From NCBI GenBank assembly GCA_963823035.1, contig CAWGKG010000020.1:1-64000 (forward strand): a stretch of DNA of 64,000 nucleotides, in the 5' to 3' direction. Below are positions 63,181 through 64,000 of this stretch, in pieces (position 1 is the first letter of the stretch; each line of letters opens with the position of its first letter). The position numbers and the translations under genes are program-made. The notes below the pieces were generated by a model. It was not told where the DNA came from and made no database searches. It worked only from the letters and a program-made list of their open reading frames with translations. Origin of the DNA: an uncultured Gemmatimonadales bacterium. Its GTDB lineage: Bacteria; Gemmatimonadota; Gemmatimonadetes; Longimicrobiales; Gaopeijiaceae.

Positions 63181-64000
63181 CTACTGGAGCCCCACCCGCT
63201 GGAGGAGCGCCGGGAAGCGCGGATCGTCGCGCAGCGGCCCGAGCATCGGATCGACGCCCATGTTCACGACCTGCCAGGTGCGCTCGTCCAACGCAGCCCG
63301 CAGCTCCTCGAAGGCGCGGTCCTTTTCGCCGAGCGCGCCGTATACGATGGCGTACTCGTACCGGGAGACGTTGGATCCCGAGTCGGATTGCCGCCGGAGC
63401 TCGGCGAGGAGGTCCCGGGCCTGGGCGATGTGGCCGCCCATGGCGAGTGCGGCGGCATAGTCCGCGATGCGCCGGCTCGCTCGTCCGGAGAGGACCATGG
63501 CGTGCTCGAGCACGTCGGCGGCGCGGTCGTAGTCGCCGATCGAGAAGAGGAACTGCCCCAGGAACCAGTTGGCGAGGGAGTCGTCCGGCTTGCGCGCCAC
63601 CGTGGACTCGAGCACCTCGCGGGCGTCGTCCACGCGGCCGGCGCAGGTGAGGATCCACCCGTGCACGGCCCGCACGGCCAGGTTGAGGCTCGAGATCTGC
63701 TCCGCCTGCAGGATCTGCTGCTCGGCCTCCGCGAACCGGCGCTGCATCGCGAGCATCTCCGCGTACCACTGGTGCGCGGTCACCGACGAAGGGTCGAGCT
63801 GGAGGGCGCGCTGGAACTCGCGCTCCGCCCCGCTCCAGTCGCGTTCGTAGTCGCGTAGCACCAGGCCGAGCGAGGCGTGCGCGTCCGCCAGGCTTTCGTC
63901 CAGCGCCAGCGCCTTCTCGGCAGCGGTGCGTGCGCGCGGATACGCCTCGGCCGGCGTGAGGCTCCCGTAGTAGTGCAGGAGGATGTAGGAGCTGGCGAGG
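63181..64000 (-). CDS. TPR-repeat protein C-terminus (kinase/TolB-like adenylate cyclase type), 5' part outside the window
   Basis: KALALDESLADAHASLG..DWSGAEREFQRAL, HQWYA and terminal DPMLGPLRDDPRF. Confidence 0.8.
   Translation of the reverse strand, partial: LASSYILLHYYGSLTPAEAYPRARTAAEKALALDESLADAHASLGLVLRDYERDWSGAEREFQRALQLDPSSVTAHQWYAEMLAMQRRFAEAEQQILQAEQISSLNLAVRAVHGWILTCAGRVDDAREVLESTVARKPDDSLANWFLGQFLFSIGDYDRAADVLEHAMVLSGRASRRIADYAAALAMGGHIAQARDLLAELRRQSDSGSNVSRYEYAIVYGALGEKDRAFEELRAALDERTWQVVNMGVDPMLGPLRDDPRFPALLQRVGLQ

Overview
This is a GC-rich bacterial window; gene style suggests Gemmatimonadota, which is an inference. It carries many single-base indels typical of unpolished long reads, so many genes are split across frames and their coordinates are approximate. 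About 57 kb is one large exopolysaccharide / PEP-CTERM-exosortase locus. Export and sorting genes: priming sugar transferase, Wzc-like kinase, Wzb-like phosphatase, SLBB export protein, Wzy/O-antigen-ligase-like protein, exosortase + EpsI, a PEP-CTERM substrate and a CAAX-type protease. Synthesis and tailoring genes: five GT4s, a polysaccharide deacetylase, a sulfotransferase with Sat/CysC and an SLC13 permease, two ATP-grasp ligases, two FemAB/GNATs, two CapK-like ligases, a ThDP enzyme, a C-methyltransferase, RfbC, two aminotransferases and DUF4910. Four predicted surface lipoproteins are embedded: two Ig/FN3 stalks ending in a lyase-like domain, and two DUF4038 hydrolases, one with 8 PKD repeats. 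Non-coding signals read directly from the sequence: a c-di-GMP-I (GEMM) riboswitch with A at the specificity position (cGAMP-type signature), four well-spaced sigma54 -24/-12 promoters, and recurring TGT-N12-ACA boxes; a sigma54 activator is encoded in the locus. The right end holds an MshEN/DUF4388 protein, pilT, a paralogous pair of unknown proteins, an EgtD-like methyltransferase and a partial TPR gene.
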